From positions 38,812,001-38,876,000 of the forward strand of contig NC_043006.1 of the NCBI RefSeq assembly GCF_006345805.1: a DNA stretch of 64,000 bases, in the 5' to 3' direction. The DNA comes from Octopus sinensis (Eukaryota). Positions 1 through 13,413 of this stretch are shown here, piece by piece (the stretch's first letter is position 1; every line of letters starts with the position of its first letter). A model generated the notes under the pieces. That model was not told where the DNA came from and did not search any database. It saw only the letters and a program-made list of their open reading frames with translations. A program made the position numbers and the translations under genes.

Positions 1-37
1 TTTTCTACAAAAGACTGGAAGAGAACAACATCACTTG

Positions 38-306
38 CAGGACTGTGGAGTCAAAACAAAAAACTTTGACCATGACTATTGGTACCATGACTACTATTGG
101 TACCTCCGACTCCGACTCCTCTATGTAATTAAGTGATTGTAGTCTACATATCTCATAAAGCATATGCATACGCTTGTACTTTGAGTAGGCCTATAGGTTA
201 TAACTGGTTTATATTAAAGAATAAAGTTACTGTGAGTCAAAGTCAGTATAGTTGTACCGACTTTGATTCCAGCTACTCTTCAACTGCTTCCGACTCCACA
301 GCCCTG
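38..306. mobile_element. hAT-type MITE (269 bp)
   Basis: TIRs CAGGACTGTGGAGTC (38-52) / GACTCCACAGCCCTG (292-306); 8-bp TSD ATCACTTG (30-37) / ATTACTTG (307-314), one mismatch; internal CCGACT repeats. Confidence 0.8.
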
Positions 307-583
307 ATTACTTGTAAGACGAGTTGGCTTGTTTACAACCATGACAGGATATCAAGATAAGGGTACACACACACAAATATATATATATATGTATGTATAT
401 ACAATGAGCTTCTTCCACTTTCCATCTGCCAAATCCACTCACTAGGCTTCTGTCAGCCTCAGATTAGATTTGGTAGCATACCATAAGAATACAACTGGCT
501 ATTTGGGAATTCTAAGGGTGAACGAGCTCTATTTGTACTCTTATACATTCTTAACAGAACACACCTCAACTATATATATATAC

Positions 584-910
584 ATGAAGGCGCATGGCTC
601 AGTGGTTAAAGCATCGAGCTTATGATTGTGAGACTGCGAGTTCTAATCCCGGACCAAGCAGAGAGTTGTGTTCTTGAGCAAGACACTTTATTTAATGTTC
701 CTCCAGTTCACTCAGCTGTTGAAATGAGCTGCGACATCACTGGTGCCAAGCTATATCGGCCTTTGCCTTTCCCTTGGATAACACTGGTGGAGTGGAGAGG
801 GGAGGCCATTATGCATGGGCGACTGCTATTCTTCCATAAAACAACCTTGCCAGGAGGGTAACTTTCTAGGTGCAATCCTATGGTCAGTCATGACCAAAGG
901 GGGTCTCAGC
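584..910 (+). mobile_element. tRNA-derived SINE, family C
   Basis: A-box-like TGGCTCAGTGGTTAAAG, B-box-like GAGTTCTAATCCC, body TTCTTGAGCAAGACAC...CCAGTTCACTCAGCTG; related copies near 23720, 26310, 31590, 35330, 55060, 58600, 60980. Confidence 0.75.
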
Positions 911-949
911 ATATACATATATATATAGAGAGACACACACACATGCACA

Positions 950-1115
950 ACAGGCTTCTTTCAGTTTTCTTCCACCAAATCCACTCACAAGGCTTTGGTT
1001 AGCTACACACTATAGTAGAAGACCACTTGCCCAAGGCACCATGCTGTGAGACTGAACCCTGAACCTGGAAGAATGTGGTTGGGAAGTAACCTTCTTACCA
1101 CAAAGCCACACCTGT
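950..1115 (-). mobile_element. SINE family A, 5' half
   Basis: Reverse complement of the family A head and core (CCTTGGGCAAGTG...CCTTGTGAGTGGATTTGG). Confidence 0.7.
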
Positions 1116-1739
1116 GCTGAAACTCATAATCAAAACTGACAAAGAACCCATTTAATTCCTCTTTCAGTTACAAGTTTGAAGAATTATTACACTTCAAGCT
1201 TGAAATATTACATTAGCTTCAAAATATTATATCAACAATGTTCATTATACTGTTCACCAAATATCATTCACTACTATTATACACCAACAATATATTAAGC
1301 ATAGAGACTAAGAATTCTTGCCTTGCAATACTAATAATAGCCAAAACATTTAACAATCTAAACTGAATAATAGTCTAATTCAACAATATGTCACTTAGTT
1401 CCTGCAACGATACAAGTTTCTTGATAATAAGTAAAGCGGTAAAAATTATTCTATGAGAGACACAGACAAAAGCACCAAAGCTATTTCCACAAGAAAACCA
1501 AGAAATGCAGTCAGAGAATGATGTAGATAGCAGAATTTCTGTGGACACATAATAGAATGATTTTCTGTACAATAGATAGTTTTAGTTTAGTAATATTTAA
1601 CCATAGAGAATATCGTCTATATTCTCAACCGATAAGAAAATGGCAGATAACAATGAATGATATATATGTATTTTAAACACGTATATGCACAACATAGATA
1701 GATAGATTCATACATATATACATGCATACATACAGATAT

Positions 1740-2160
1740 TCATCATCATCATCATCATCGTTTAAAGTTCGCTTTCCATGGGTTGAATGATTTGACTGAG
1801 GACTGGCGAACCAGATGGTTGCACCAGGCTCCAATCTGATCTGGCAGAGTTTCTGCAGCTGGATGCCCTTCCTAACGCCAACCCCTCCGATAGTGTAGTG
1901 GGTGCTTTTACGTGCCACCGGCACGAGGCCAATCAGGCGGTACTAGCAACGGCCACACTCAAATGGTGTTTTTTTTATGTGCCACCTGCGCAGGAGCCAA
2001 TCCAGCGGCTCTCGCAACGACCTTGCTTGAATGTTTTTTCATGTGCCACCAGAACAAGTGCCAGTAAGGCGACGCTGGTAACGATCACACTTCAATGGTG
2101 CTTTTTACATGCCACTGGCATGGAAGCCAGTTAGCTGCTCTGGCAACAATCACACTCGGA
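1740..2160 (-). mobile_element. RTE LINE 3' end (5'-truncated)
   Basis: (CAT)n tail, GGATGCCCTTCCTAACGCCAAC motif and ~60-bp internal repeats; the same tail is joined to RTE ORF2 at 59405-59920. Confidence 0.75.
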
Positions 2161-2739
2161 GCAGCTACATACATACATATATATGTTTGTGTGTGTGTGT
2201 ATTTGTTATTAGTGACAGAAACCAGTATTAGTTAGAAATAGCAATCTATGTATCATACTGGAAGCAAATACACTGCAAAAATCCTTATAAACTATGGCAT
2301 TCATATCAAGAAAATGTTGCTTATAGATGTATACTGTTAAAAATCGCAAAAATATATTAGTAGCAAAAATCACCCAGCAGCCATGATGGCATTGCTAAAT
2401 ACGTATTTCTGCTTCTTTGTGCTTCATCAACAACAAGTATCCATCAACAACCACATGTTAAAACAAAGTCAGCCACTGCTGACATTGTAAAATGGCAATG
2501 CCATCACTGCTGCAAGATGGTTTTCTCTAGAACTGATACATTTCTGTGCTTTTTAACACAATAAGAGATACTTTCTTTATAGGGCTTTCAATGATGTATC
2601 TGCTTCAAGTATGATACACAGATTACTATTTTGAACTAACACATTTGCTTCTGTTGCAAATGAAAAAAATTTAATCAGCCTGTCAGCTAACTGCAATGCC
2701 AGACATTTTCCTATCAATGTTTTATTCCTGTTTGTATTG

Positions 2740-2960
2740 ATGCCATGTAAAAAAACACACTGGTGATGGTCTCATATGAAAAGCGCCCAGTACACTCTGT
2801 AAAGTGGGTAGCATTAGGAGGGGCATCAAGTTGCAAAAGCCAAACCAAAATAAACAATGGAACCTGGTGTGGCCCCTGGCTTTGCCAACTCCTATCAAAC
2901 CACAAAACCCATGCCAGAATGGAAGATGGTCATTAAACGATAATGATGATGATGATGAGT
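2740..2960 (+). mobile_element. RTE LINE 3' end
   Basis: GCATTAGGAGGGGCATC motif ending in (GAT)n. Confidence 0.65.
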
Positions 2961-3304
2961 AGAGAAAATACATAGCAATCTCAACTGGAAAAGGAAAGAA
3001 GAGGTTGGCAAAAAGGTGCCAAGGCATGACCTTAAGTTAACAGGAAAGTGAATACAAGAGAAGTGCTTCAGAGGATTGAGATGGTGAATGGGATAAGTTC
3101 ATGAGAGTATGAAAGGTGAGTGGCAGATAGAAAGGGATGAAGATGAAGGCGAATGCAACAAACGATGAGAATTCTCTGGATAGTGAGTAAATTTCTAAGT
3201 CACTGAATATACACGTAACCCTTCAGATAATTCAGTCTGTTTCAATAATTCTTAACTGGGGTCACTCTGATCCTTGGGGTCCATATAATATGTTGCTAAA
3301 ATTT

Positions 3305-3720
3305 ATAAGCAGCTATGTGGTAAGAAGCTTGCTTCCCAACCACATGCCAACCACATGGTTCTGGGTTCATGAGTTCAGTCCCACTGCATGGCACCATGGG
3401 CAAGTATCTTCTACTATAGCTTCAGGCCGACCAAAGGCTTGTGAGTGAATTTGGTAGATGGAAACTGAAAGAAGCCTGTCGTATATATATATATATATAT
3501 GTTTGTGTTTGTGTGTCTGTGTTTGTCTCCCCACCATCGCTTGACAACCGATACTGGTGTGTTTATGTCCCTGTAACTCAGCGGCTCGGCAAAAGAGACC
3601 GATAAAATAAGTACTAGTCTAACAAAGAATAAGTCCTGGGGTTGATTTGTTCTACAAAAGGTGGTACTCCAGTATGGCCACAGTCAAATGACTAGAACAA
3701 GTAAAAGAATACAAGAAAGA
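3305..3720 (+). mobile_element. tRNA-derived CORE-like SINE, family A (full length)
   Basis: tRNA-like head, CORE-like CATGGGCAAGTATCTT, internal (TA)n(TG)n, tail GGTGGTACTCCAGTATGGCCACAGTC...AAGTAAAAGAATA. Confidence 0.8.
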
Positions 3721-3814
3721 ATAAGAGAATAAACTGGTTATATTTCCATGATACACAAAATATTTTTATATAATTCCTAAAAACATTAATAAAATTATAA
3801 GATTTGTTAAATGC

Positions 3815-4232
3815 CAGTTCCACCTGACTGGGCCTGTGCTGGTGGCACATAAAAAACACCATTCGAGTGTGATCATTGCCAGTGTCGCCTGATTGGCTCC
3901 CATGCTGGTGGAATGTAAAAAGCACCATTCGAGCGTGATCGTTGCCAGTGCCACCTGACTGGCTCCTGTGCCGGTGGCATGTAAAAAGTGCCATTCAAGC
4001 ATGGCTGATGCCTGTCCCACCTGACTGGCTCCCGTGTTGGTGGCACATAAAAAGCACCCGCTACACCCTCAGAGTGGTTGGCATTAGGAAGGGCATCCAG
4101 CTGTAGAAACCTTGCCAGATTGGACTGGAGCCTGGTGCAGTCTTCTGGCTTGCCAGTCCCCAGTCAAACCATCCAACCCATTCCAGCATGGAAAGCAGAT
4201 GTTAAACGACAATGATGATGATGATGATGATG
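3815..4232 (+). mobile_element. RTE LINE 3' UTR with about four tandem ~63-bp units
   Basis: Repeated TGACTGGCTCCTGTGC-GGTGGCA-TAAAAAGCACCATTCGAG, then AGGAAGGGCATCCAGC and (GAT)n. Confidence 0.75.
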
Positions 4233-4326
4233 GAAAGGTTATGAGGGTCCACCCAAATAAAACAGAAACCAAAGGAGTCTTTAACTAAAAAATGGTCACT
4301 CACTTTACTTTTACTCAAACTTGCTC

Positions 4327-4530
4327 ATAATAATAATAATAACGTTCGTCCTTTGGGTTCGAAGATGACCACAGACATAATCTGGTGGAACTGCCGCTAT
4401 GAGACCGGAAGTGGCTGGTGAGGCCAATCCGGGCAAGGAAGCCCCTCCCACAGGTGGGGCAGAAGTGGGTAGGGGCCGTGCTACTGGTGCAGGTGGCTCT
4501 GGCTTTCCGCATCTGGCGTTGCTCATAAAA
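4327..4530 (-). mobile_element. RTE-1/BovB-like LINE 3' end with C-terminal zinc finger
   Basis: Translation RKARAT...CPTCGRGFLARIGLTSHFRSH followed by a short UTR and (TTA)n tail. Confidence 0.8.
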
Positions 4531-4699
4531 CTTGGGTAAAGGATTTGGTGAAACTCAGATTCACAAGGTGCCATGTAGTGGTATTGAACTCAGGCACTAT
4601 GCTTGCAAAACAAACTTTTTTTTTTTTGTTAACTACTCTGGTTATGTTTCAGTTCACAGATATATTTCTATGTAGACAAAAGAGAGCTCCACATATGTG

Positions 4700-5080
4700 C
4701 ACAAGATCAAACACAAACGGCTATCACCACACATGTACAGTTCTTCAAACACATTCAATATATATATGCATTCAAATATAATACACACACAGACACAGAC
4801 AGACAGACAGTCACACACACACACACACACGCTGGCAGAGATCTGAGCTGATTCTTTTCTGAATGAAAAAAAAAGAGCCACATAAAAGAAAAACAAATCA
4901 AGACATACACACATACACACACACATGTACATGTATATATTCATATGCATATGTGTATACACACACATATTCACATATATATATGTCTGTGTATTTATGT
5001 GTGTGCATATACGTGTGTGTGTACATACATACATATGTATGTATGTATACATATATATGTATGTATACATACATATTGAA

Positions 5081-5111
<31 letters not shown>

Positions 5112-5184
5112 TATACACATGTATATATACATATACACATACATATTGATATATATACATACATCTATATATATATATATGTAA

Positions 5185-5223
<39 letters not shown>

Positions 5224-5266
5224 TATGTGTTTAAGTGTAAGCATATATGTGCGCTTGTGATTGTTC

Positions 5267-5299
<33 letters not shown>

Positions 5300-5840
5300 C
5301 AGAAAGAAATGCATATATCAATATATATATGTGTGTATGTGTGTGTTATAAACTACAAGAAATGAAAAAGTCAGCCTCAAGAGATATAGAACCTAAAGGA
5401 AAAATATATTTATTTCTGTTTCTTGAAGCAGAAGAAACACTTTTATCAGGATTTCTTCCAATTTCGGTACATGCTTGTTTCTGTACGCTATCTCTGACGA
5501 TAGATAAAAGATGTTGGTATGTTGTTTGATGGATTTACTTCATGTGTTCTAGAACTATATATTGAGGAATTTACCAATTCCAATGTAAAGGAGTTTTATT
5601 GGTAGTAGAAGATGAAGAAGAATATATGCCGAGTAGATAACTATGAATCGAGATGTTTGTCTGACTGGCAGTCAGGTTTAATAACATCTGTCTGTCTCTC
5701 TGTATTTATGTATGTAGCTATATATATATGTATGAATGTATGCGTATGTGTATGCATGCATGCATGTGTGTCTGTATGTATGAATGTATGATGGCATGTA
5801 TGTATGTATGTGTGTGTGTGTGCATGTATGCACATATGTA

Positions 5841-5874
<34 letters not shown>

Positions 5875-6310
5875 ATGTATGCGTATGTGTATGCATGCAT
5901 GCATGTGTGTCTGTATGTATGAATGTATGATGGCATGTATGTATGTATGTGTGTGTGTGTGCATGTATGCACATATGTATATATATATGTATGTATGTAT
6001 GTATGTATGAGTATGTATGTATGTGTATGCAAGTGTGTATGTATGTATGTCTGAATGTCTGTGTGCGTGTATGTGTATTTTTGAGTCTATGCATGATAGC
6101 ATGTATGTATGTGTATGTGTGTGTATATATGGTCGTTTCTATGTATGTATATATGCGTCTGTATGTAAGTGTATATACATGTAAGTATGTATGTTTGAAT
6201 GTCTGTGTGTATGTATTTATGAATCTATGTATGATGGCATGTATATCTGAGTGTCTGTGTGTGTGTATGTATAATTGCATCTATGTATGATGGCATGTAA
6301 TGTGTGTGTG
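4700..6310. repeat. Compound AC/AT/ATGT microsatellite blocks
   Basis: Direct inspection; unique spacer at about 5340-5640. Confidence 0.9.
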
Positions 6311-6604
6311 CATTCATTTCTTTCTCGTTTCAATTTAGAACAAAATCTGGCCAGCCACCCATTTGGTAGATATATTGAGAAAAAAAGCATCCTGCTTTGT
6401 ACATCATCCTTAAAATCTTAAGAAGGTCTTGCAGATTTTTATTGTCCCTGATATCATAATCAATTCACTCACAAAAGACATTTGGCCAAGGAGCCATGTA
6501 GTGGGACTAAACCTTAAACCCTGTGATTAGGAAGCAAGCTTCTTAACCACACAGCTACTCTTCTGCCTAAAAACAAAACAAAGTCACAAAAAAGAAAAAA
6601 TTGT

Positions 6605-6990
6605 AAGCATAGGTGTGGCTGTGTGGTATGAAGCTTGCTTACCAACCATGTGATTTCAGGTTCAGGCCCACTGTGTGGCACCTGGGCAAGTGTCTTCTAC
6701 TATAGCTTCAGGCCGACAAAAACCTTGCGAGTGGATTTGGTAGATGGAAACTGAAAGAAGCACGTTGCATACATATGTATGTATGTATTTGTGTGTTTGT
6801 GTTTGTCCCCCCACCATCACTTGACAACTGATGTTCGTGTATTTATGTCCCTGTAAATCAGCAGTTCCGCAAAAGAGACTGACAGAATAAGTACTAGGCT
6901 TACAAAGAATAAATCCTAGAGTCAATTTGTTTGGCCGAAGGCTGTGTGCCAGCATGGCCACAGTCAAATGACTGAAACAAGTAAAAAAAT
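6605..6990 (+). mobile_element. SINE family A
   Basis: Head GGTGTGGCTGTGTGGTATGAAGC through tail GACTGAAACAAGTAAAA. Confidence 0.8.
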
Positions 6991-7093
6991 TTGTATGGTT
7001 AATGCACTCGTATCCAGGTGTTGCCAGTTTAAGATAGTAGTTGCCTGAATATAAGGAGGTGAAGAAATATTATGGAAATTTCCTACAAGGAAT

Positions 7094-7321
7094 AACCCAT
7101 TAACATTCAGATTTTTCTGCGAAATGTAAAGCTTATCTATTCATAATGTTTTTGAATTAACCGTTGCATTATCTCGTTGCTTTGAGATTTCAACGATATG
7201 ACTGCTTATTTTTAGAATGACATTGTAGGGTAGGCGCAAGAGCCCTGATCCAGACAGTTTGAACATTAAAAAAATGGAATATTTGCACTGGATATGGACA
7301 GTTTAAATGCTAAAGTTTTAA
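7094..7321. mobile_element. Degenerate piggyBac-like MITE
   Basis: Ends TAACCCATTAACATTC / AATGCTAAAGTTTTAA resemble degenerate TTAA+CCCTTTAGCATT inverted termini. Confidence 0.4.
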
Positions 7322-7459
7322 TGCTGCTTGACATTGCTAGAGGAGTGACATCGTCAGAAGATGTGAGAAACATTGTGACCCTAATGGCAAGCTGTACACA
7401 GAATAATTTGTATGTGTATCTGTTATCTTCCATCTTGTATTCATTTACTTTGTGTAAGT

Positions 7460-7830
7460 TTGTGTAAGACTGTGGCCATGCTGGAGCACTGCTTTGAAGA
7501 ATTTTGGCCGAAGGAATCGACCACAGTGCTTATTTTCATTCTAAGCCTGGTGATTAGTCTGTCAGTCTCTTTTGCGAAACCATTAAGTTATGGGGACATA
7601 AACACACCAACACCAGTTGTTAGGCAGTGGTGGGCACAAATACATACATAAAGACACACACATATACTCACACACACAACTGGCTTCTTTCAGTTTCCAT
7701 CTACGAAATCCACTCACAAGGCTTTGATCAGCCTGAAACTATAGTAGAAAACACATGCCCAAGGTACCACACAGTGGGACTGAACCAGGAACCATGTGGT
7801 TGGTACCCAAACTTCTTACCACACAGCTGT
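7460..7830 (-). mobile_element. SINE family A
   Basis: Reverse complement of the full family A structure. Confidence 0.75.
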
Positions 7831-8139
7831 ATTATTTGAAGTCTTCCTGTACAGAGGACGCCAGTTTCTAATAAAAATATAATGCTCCATCGTTGAAATT
7901 TAGATAAAAATCAATGTCACATTTCAAACTTGAGAAAAGTCTTACATATTTTTACTGTTCCACTTATAGATTGTATTTCTAATGTATGTGTCAACTGATT
8001 GGTTTCTTTTTTCTGAAAATCCAAGCTTTTCCTAATTGTTACTTAGGCATTTATCACCAAAACCAAACGTACCAATTATTATTGGTTAGTATAAATGTGA
8101 ATTTATGATCTGGGTATAGAAACCAAAGGTTTCAAAGCA

Positions 8140-8158
8140 GTATGTATATATATGTGTG

Positions 8159-8207
<49 letters not shown>

Positions 8208-8412
8208 GTATATATATATGTGGATGTATATGCATATGTGCATATGTATGAATGTATATATGTATATATATATGTATAGATGAAAATGTGTGAGCATAAT
8301 TGTGTATGTATGTAAATGTGTGTATATATATATGAATGTATGTATGTAAATGTATACATATGTATTTGCTTGTATGTTTTTGTGTTTGTGAGCATATGGA
8401 TGATTATATATA

Positions 8413-8479
<67 letters not shown>

Positions 8480-8982
8480 CGATATATGTATCTATACACA
8501 CACACACACACACACGTGTATACTAATATGTTTCTATGTGTGCATCTGTCTGTATGCATGCATATACGCACGTATATTTGTATTGCTTAATTCCAAGCAA
8601 GATGGCTTGGTTGAGCAAGATGGCTGTCGCCCTAAATTTCTAGCTGTGACCCATTGTTCATTACGTTTATTACATAGTTTAAGATCACAGTATTACAATA
8701 TAATATCAACCACACCAGTCATCCATTCATTGATATATATTTATATTGATATATGGTCATGTCTAATTGATTGTGTCTACAGAGCAGCTAGTCTGACTTT
8801 GGGCCATTATAGCTCTCTATAAATAGTACTTTTATATATTCCCACCTCTCACTAGTTATTCTTCTTTTTCTTCTTCTTTCATAGAATCTTATAAATTTTA
8901 TTCTTCATCCTCTAGCCAAATGTTGGTTTAATATAAGAATCTTTACCTTCTACTCACCTCCCTTGCTCTCTGTGTCTATCTA

Positions 8983-9013
<31 letters not shown>

Positions 9014-9290
9014 GTCTATCTAGCCATTAATTTATTTATCTATCTTTCTATCTATCGATTTACCTGTCCATCCATCCGTCCATCCATCTGTTCCTCTATC
9101 CATCCATATGCCTATCTATCTATCTATCTATCTATCCACCCATCTATCTATCTGTCAGTCTTTCTGTATCTATCCATCCATCAATCCTGCTATCTACCCA
9201 TCCATCTATCTACCATCTATCCATCTGTCTGTCTGTCTAGCTATGTATTCCTTTCTCTGTCTCTCAGTCTGTCTCTCAGTCTGTCTCTCA

Positions 9291-9326
<36 letters not shown>

Positions 9327-9330
9327 CTGG
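8140..9330. repeat. (AT)n, (ATCT)n and (CT)n microsatellites
   Basis: Direct inspection. Confidence 0.9.
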
Positions 9331-10911
9331 CAACAATTTCTGTTTCTACCTTTGGCCATCATGTCTAATATGCCACAGGCTTTATTCACCACCATCATCT
9401 TCAATACCTTCATCACCATTATCCAAACTATCTCCTTCTAAACCACCTCTCATTGTCCTATTTTCAAACTCTCTCTCTCTCTCCCCCTCTCAATAGTTTT
9501 ATCTTTACCTCCTTTCTCTTTAGTTTACTGTATCTCTCTCTCTCTCTCTCTCTCACTCCTGTTCACTCTCTCTCCCTGTTATTTTTCTCTCCCCTCCTTT
9601 CTCCACAGCTTCTTGTCTCTATTTCTCTAATTATTTTTTTTATCTTTCTCCTCCATCCTGCATGGCTTACTGTCTGTCTGTCTGTCTGTCTGCTTGTCTG
9701 AGTCTTTTATCTTTCTCTCCTCTCCTTTCTCTACAGCTTACCTCCCCATCTCTCCATCCTCTCCCCACCCTTTCTCTGGCAACAAACAAAAGTCTCTAAA
9801 GATAATCTCCAGGAACGGTGAGTTAGTGATGGTTCACATCAGCAAGAAGCTGATCGGAAATGTACGCTGAAAAGATATAGGAACGCTGGTGTGCTATCAG
9901 ATGAAATAAAAACAAAATGTTAACAATAGGACCCTTTATCGAAGTAGGACTGATCTGTGTTTATATGTGTGTTCGTGCACATTCACATGTGTGTGCGTAC
10001 GTGAGAGAGAGAGGAACAAAGGTGTCAGGAAAGGTGATCTGGCAGAGAAGATGGTGATTGGAAGATACAGGTCACAAGAGAAAGAACATGGAAGAGAAAG
10101 AAATATTAAAAGAAATACCAGGATGTCATATAAATAGATAAACACATAAACGGAATCTCTTATGCCCTTTTGTGATGTCCAGAAGGCTTCAGGCATTGTG
10201 TCTAAGGTTGCTGGTGTTTGTTTTGTAAATGTCATATGTTTGTTGATATTTGCATATATTTCAGGCCAGTTTCCTTTCAGTATGTTATACTCTTAGTACA
10301 AAGACACACACAAACACACACACAAACATCCATTCTTTTGACTGGTCATGTTTTCAGTCCTGCTGGGTTTCTTGTAAGGCTCCTCACCAGGCAAGCCTAG
10401 TGTAGGTGCTAGTTTAGACGCTGACAACCTGACAATGCAACAGGTTGTACTAGTCCCCATGGTACATAAAAACATCTGGAAACAAAGATGGTTTTACTCA
10501 AAAGATATTGGTATGAACAAGTGTCTAATGAAGATATTTCATTGTTTTTAAAATTAATACAACTCTCACTTTACAATAGATAGGCTCAAACAAAGTCAGA
10601 GTCTTTTTGTTATTACACACTTATTAATTAATTAATCATATATTAACTGTTATTGATATAATTATCTCTATAGCAAAATGGCATGGTAGTGGCAGATTTA
10701 GTTGAGTGCCAGATTAATGCCTTACAGAATTTAATTACATTCGTTTATATTCTTAGTGCCAATACAACCTGGGGGTTTGGGGGGAAATGAATAAATATAT
10801 ATAAGTAAAAATAAGATAAATAAAATACCAGTCAGGCACTGAAGTCAATTTAATCATTGATGAATCAATAAAGTAATTGAAGTCTCAGAAAAAAACAGAG
10901 AAATGTTAGAG

Positions 10912-11258
10912 CAGGGTTTTTCAATCAATTTTTATCTATGCACCTCTTTGAAGACGATTTTATTCTGGATCTCCATAGCCATTTGATTTTTAAAAACTAG
11001 TTGTATATGAAGTTCTTTCAAAATTCCTATTTTGCTTATCCTACATTAATGTGTGTAAGCTGAAATATGTAAAATGTTAGAGAAAGCAACCTGCCTGTTT
11101 CTTACAATACAAACCAATACATATATCTAAAGCAAATTTCTTTTCAGGGGCCCTAGAATAATAGTGTGGATTGCCAATTTATTATTTTGTGATGTGGGCC
11201 CCTGCAAAATCTTATGTGGACTCTTAGGAGTCATATGGGCCCCGGTTGAGAATCACTG
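10912..11258. mobile_element. hAT (Charlie/Buster-like) MITE, 347 bp
   Basis: TIRs CAGGGTTTTTCAA / TTGAGAATCACTG; perfect 8-bp TSD TGTTAGAG (10904-10911, 11259-11266). Confidence 0.85.
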
Positions 11259-11399
11259 TGTTAGAGCTTAAAATGAAATGCTGAGATATTGATTAGAAAA
11301 TGAAGAAAAATGGTAGAATGTAGAATAAAATGATGAATTTTGGGAGCATCAGATCATATTTAGAATTGCTGGAGTATCTGACAGAAAGAGAATCATATG

Positions 11400-11885
11400 A
11401 GTCAAAAATCAAACAAAATGCTGAGTCAGAGCATTAGGCAAAGTAAAAAAAAAATCAAGGGAAAAAATATATATAAATGCAGGAGATGAAAATGATAAAA
11501 AAGAGGGAAAATGGCAATGTAAAGTTCAGAAAGTTCAAGAAGTGATGGTAGATTAGTGTGATATACATAACAAAAAAGGAGCCAGTAAGATCCATGGTGG
11601 TAGAGTCCAAAAAAGTATGGAGATCCAATTGTAATTTGGATGGAGTGATGGTTAGGTGGATGAAGCGAGATACTGAAAGTTTGAGAAGAAGATAGGAGAG
11701 AGTCCAAGAGAGGAGGAATTTCAGTCAGGCAGGATCAAAGTGGGGTGACCACATGAGCATATGTAATACATAATTCAAATTTACAGAAAACAAAAGACGA
11801 AGACAAGCAGGTGTATTAGTTTGATGTTCATGAAGAATGGAAAAGTCTTTGGCATTTGAAGCCTATACTCTCCAACAGAAAGGGT
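11400..11885. repeat. Dispersed ~500-bp repeat unit, homologous to 15435-16040
   Basis: Shared blocks GGAGCCAGTAAGATCCATGGTGGTAGAGTCC and AATTTACAGAAAACAAAAGA. Confidence 0.75.
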
Positions 11886-11889
11886 TGTT

Positions 11890-12130
11890 AGCATGTCAGA
11901 TGGCATTTCTTACATTTTTATATTCTGGGTTCAAATACCACCCAAGTCGACTTTGCCTTTCATTCTTTCAAGGTCAATAGATTAAGTACCAGTTGCATAC
12001 TGGGGTTGATACAATAAGATTAACCTGAGCATTAGGGTTGATTAAGTAAGTACCAGTTAAACATTGGGGTCAATGTAATCGACTAGCCCTACCCCAACAT
12101 AATTTGTGGCTTTATGCCTATAGTAGGAAG
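11890..12130 (+). mobile_element. tRNA-derived SINE, family B
   Basis: GGGTTCAAATACC B-box and central GTCGACTTTGCCTTTCATTCTTT...AAGTACCAG domain. Confidence 0.7.
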
Positions 12131-12559
12131 AATTGGATAAAAGCCTGCTGTACTTAATTACAGACATTTGGTTCTGAGTTCAAATCCTACCCAAGGTCAG
12201 CTTTGCTTTTTGCCCTTCAAACCTGATAAAACAATGAAAACATAATGTCCTTCCTTGGCAGAGGTAATAAAGTACTATTCATTAATGGAGGCAGTTTTAG
12301 TCTTATTATAAAGCTAATGTAGGAACCACTATATGGTCTTTCAGTGTGCTAGAAATAGCTGCTAGATCTATCTCAAATCATACTATGTCATTTTATGAAA
12401 TGAAGGACACATTGGATAATATGATTCTTGGTGTACTGTGGTCTTGGACGAAAAGGCAAGTTGGTCATAAATGGAATGTGTTGGATCATAAACCTGCTGG
12501 ATGAGAGCTGACCTGTGGCTAAACAACTGTAATAAGCATGTCAATGATAAGCAAAATGA

Positions 12560-12870
12560 CAACCGACATCAATGAGATTGACCAGAGTGACGGTGACAAC
12601 AGCATCGACAATAACAACATCTATGACAAAAAAAACAATAATGGTTACAACAATAACAACAACTGCAACGATGGCAACACCAACAACAACAACAGCCCAC
12701 ATTGCAGTACAATGCAAAGGTATCATTTTCACCATTGCAGCTGATATTGATGTTGAAAAGGATGATAACTGTGAGGCTGCTGTTATTCATGATGGTAATG
12801 ATGATGGTGATGATGATGTAATGATGATGATGAGGATGACGAAGACAAAAAACGACAATGATGGTGATAG

Positions 12871-12902
<32 letters not shown>

Positions 12903-13040
12903 GTGATGATGATAATGATGATGATGGTGATGATGAAAAGATGATGACAATGATGGTGATGATAATGATATTGCTGATGATGGTTATGATGATGATGATG
13001 TCGACATTGCTGATGGTGATGTTAAATATCCGTAGTAACC
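12560..13040. repeat. (AAC)n/(GAT)n trinucleotide region
   Basis: Direct inspection. Confidence 0.85.
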
Positions 13041-13413
13041 GTAGTAGAAATAACCAATTAATAAATCTTGACAGATTTCTCTGCTCATCTGAAGAATTGC
13101 AGCATTCTTCCTACAGCTATAGCAACAGGGGGTGAAGGAGGAGGTATAAAAGGCAGAGAAAGGGACATGACTGGCCTTGTATATTTGGGTGCGTATGTGC
13201 ATGTGTGTGAATCTGTTTCCTTGTACATGTGTGTGTGTATGTGTGTATGTGCATTGAGTTTACCAATCTGTGAGTTAGCTTATGTGTACATGAGTGTATA
13301 TCGAATTTGTGCAAGAATGCATCTATATATATATATATACACATATATATTAGACAGAATGAGATAACAAATCCAAGGCTGTGAGGAGTTTTCAGGACAT
13401 TAATAATGAAGTG

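Noticed and set aside
5488-5520. CTGACGA motif (also CTGAATGA near 51922)
   Set aside because: No stem II-GAAA-UH arrangement follows.
10388-10475. Minus-strand exon candidate with good splice sites
   Set aside because: It is 88 nt, only phase 0 is open and the peptide is uninformative; it is not compatible as a symmetric partner of the phase 1 exons and cannot be supported without RNA data.
12538-13135. Poly-Asp/Thr/Met/Asn ORFs
   Set aside because: (GAT)n/(AAC)n repeats are open in multiple frames on both strands, with no splice or domain support.
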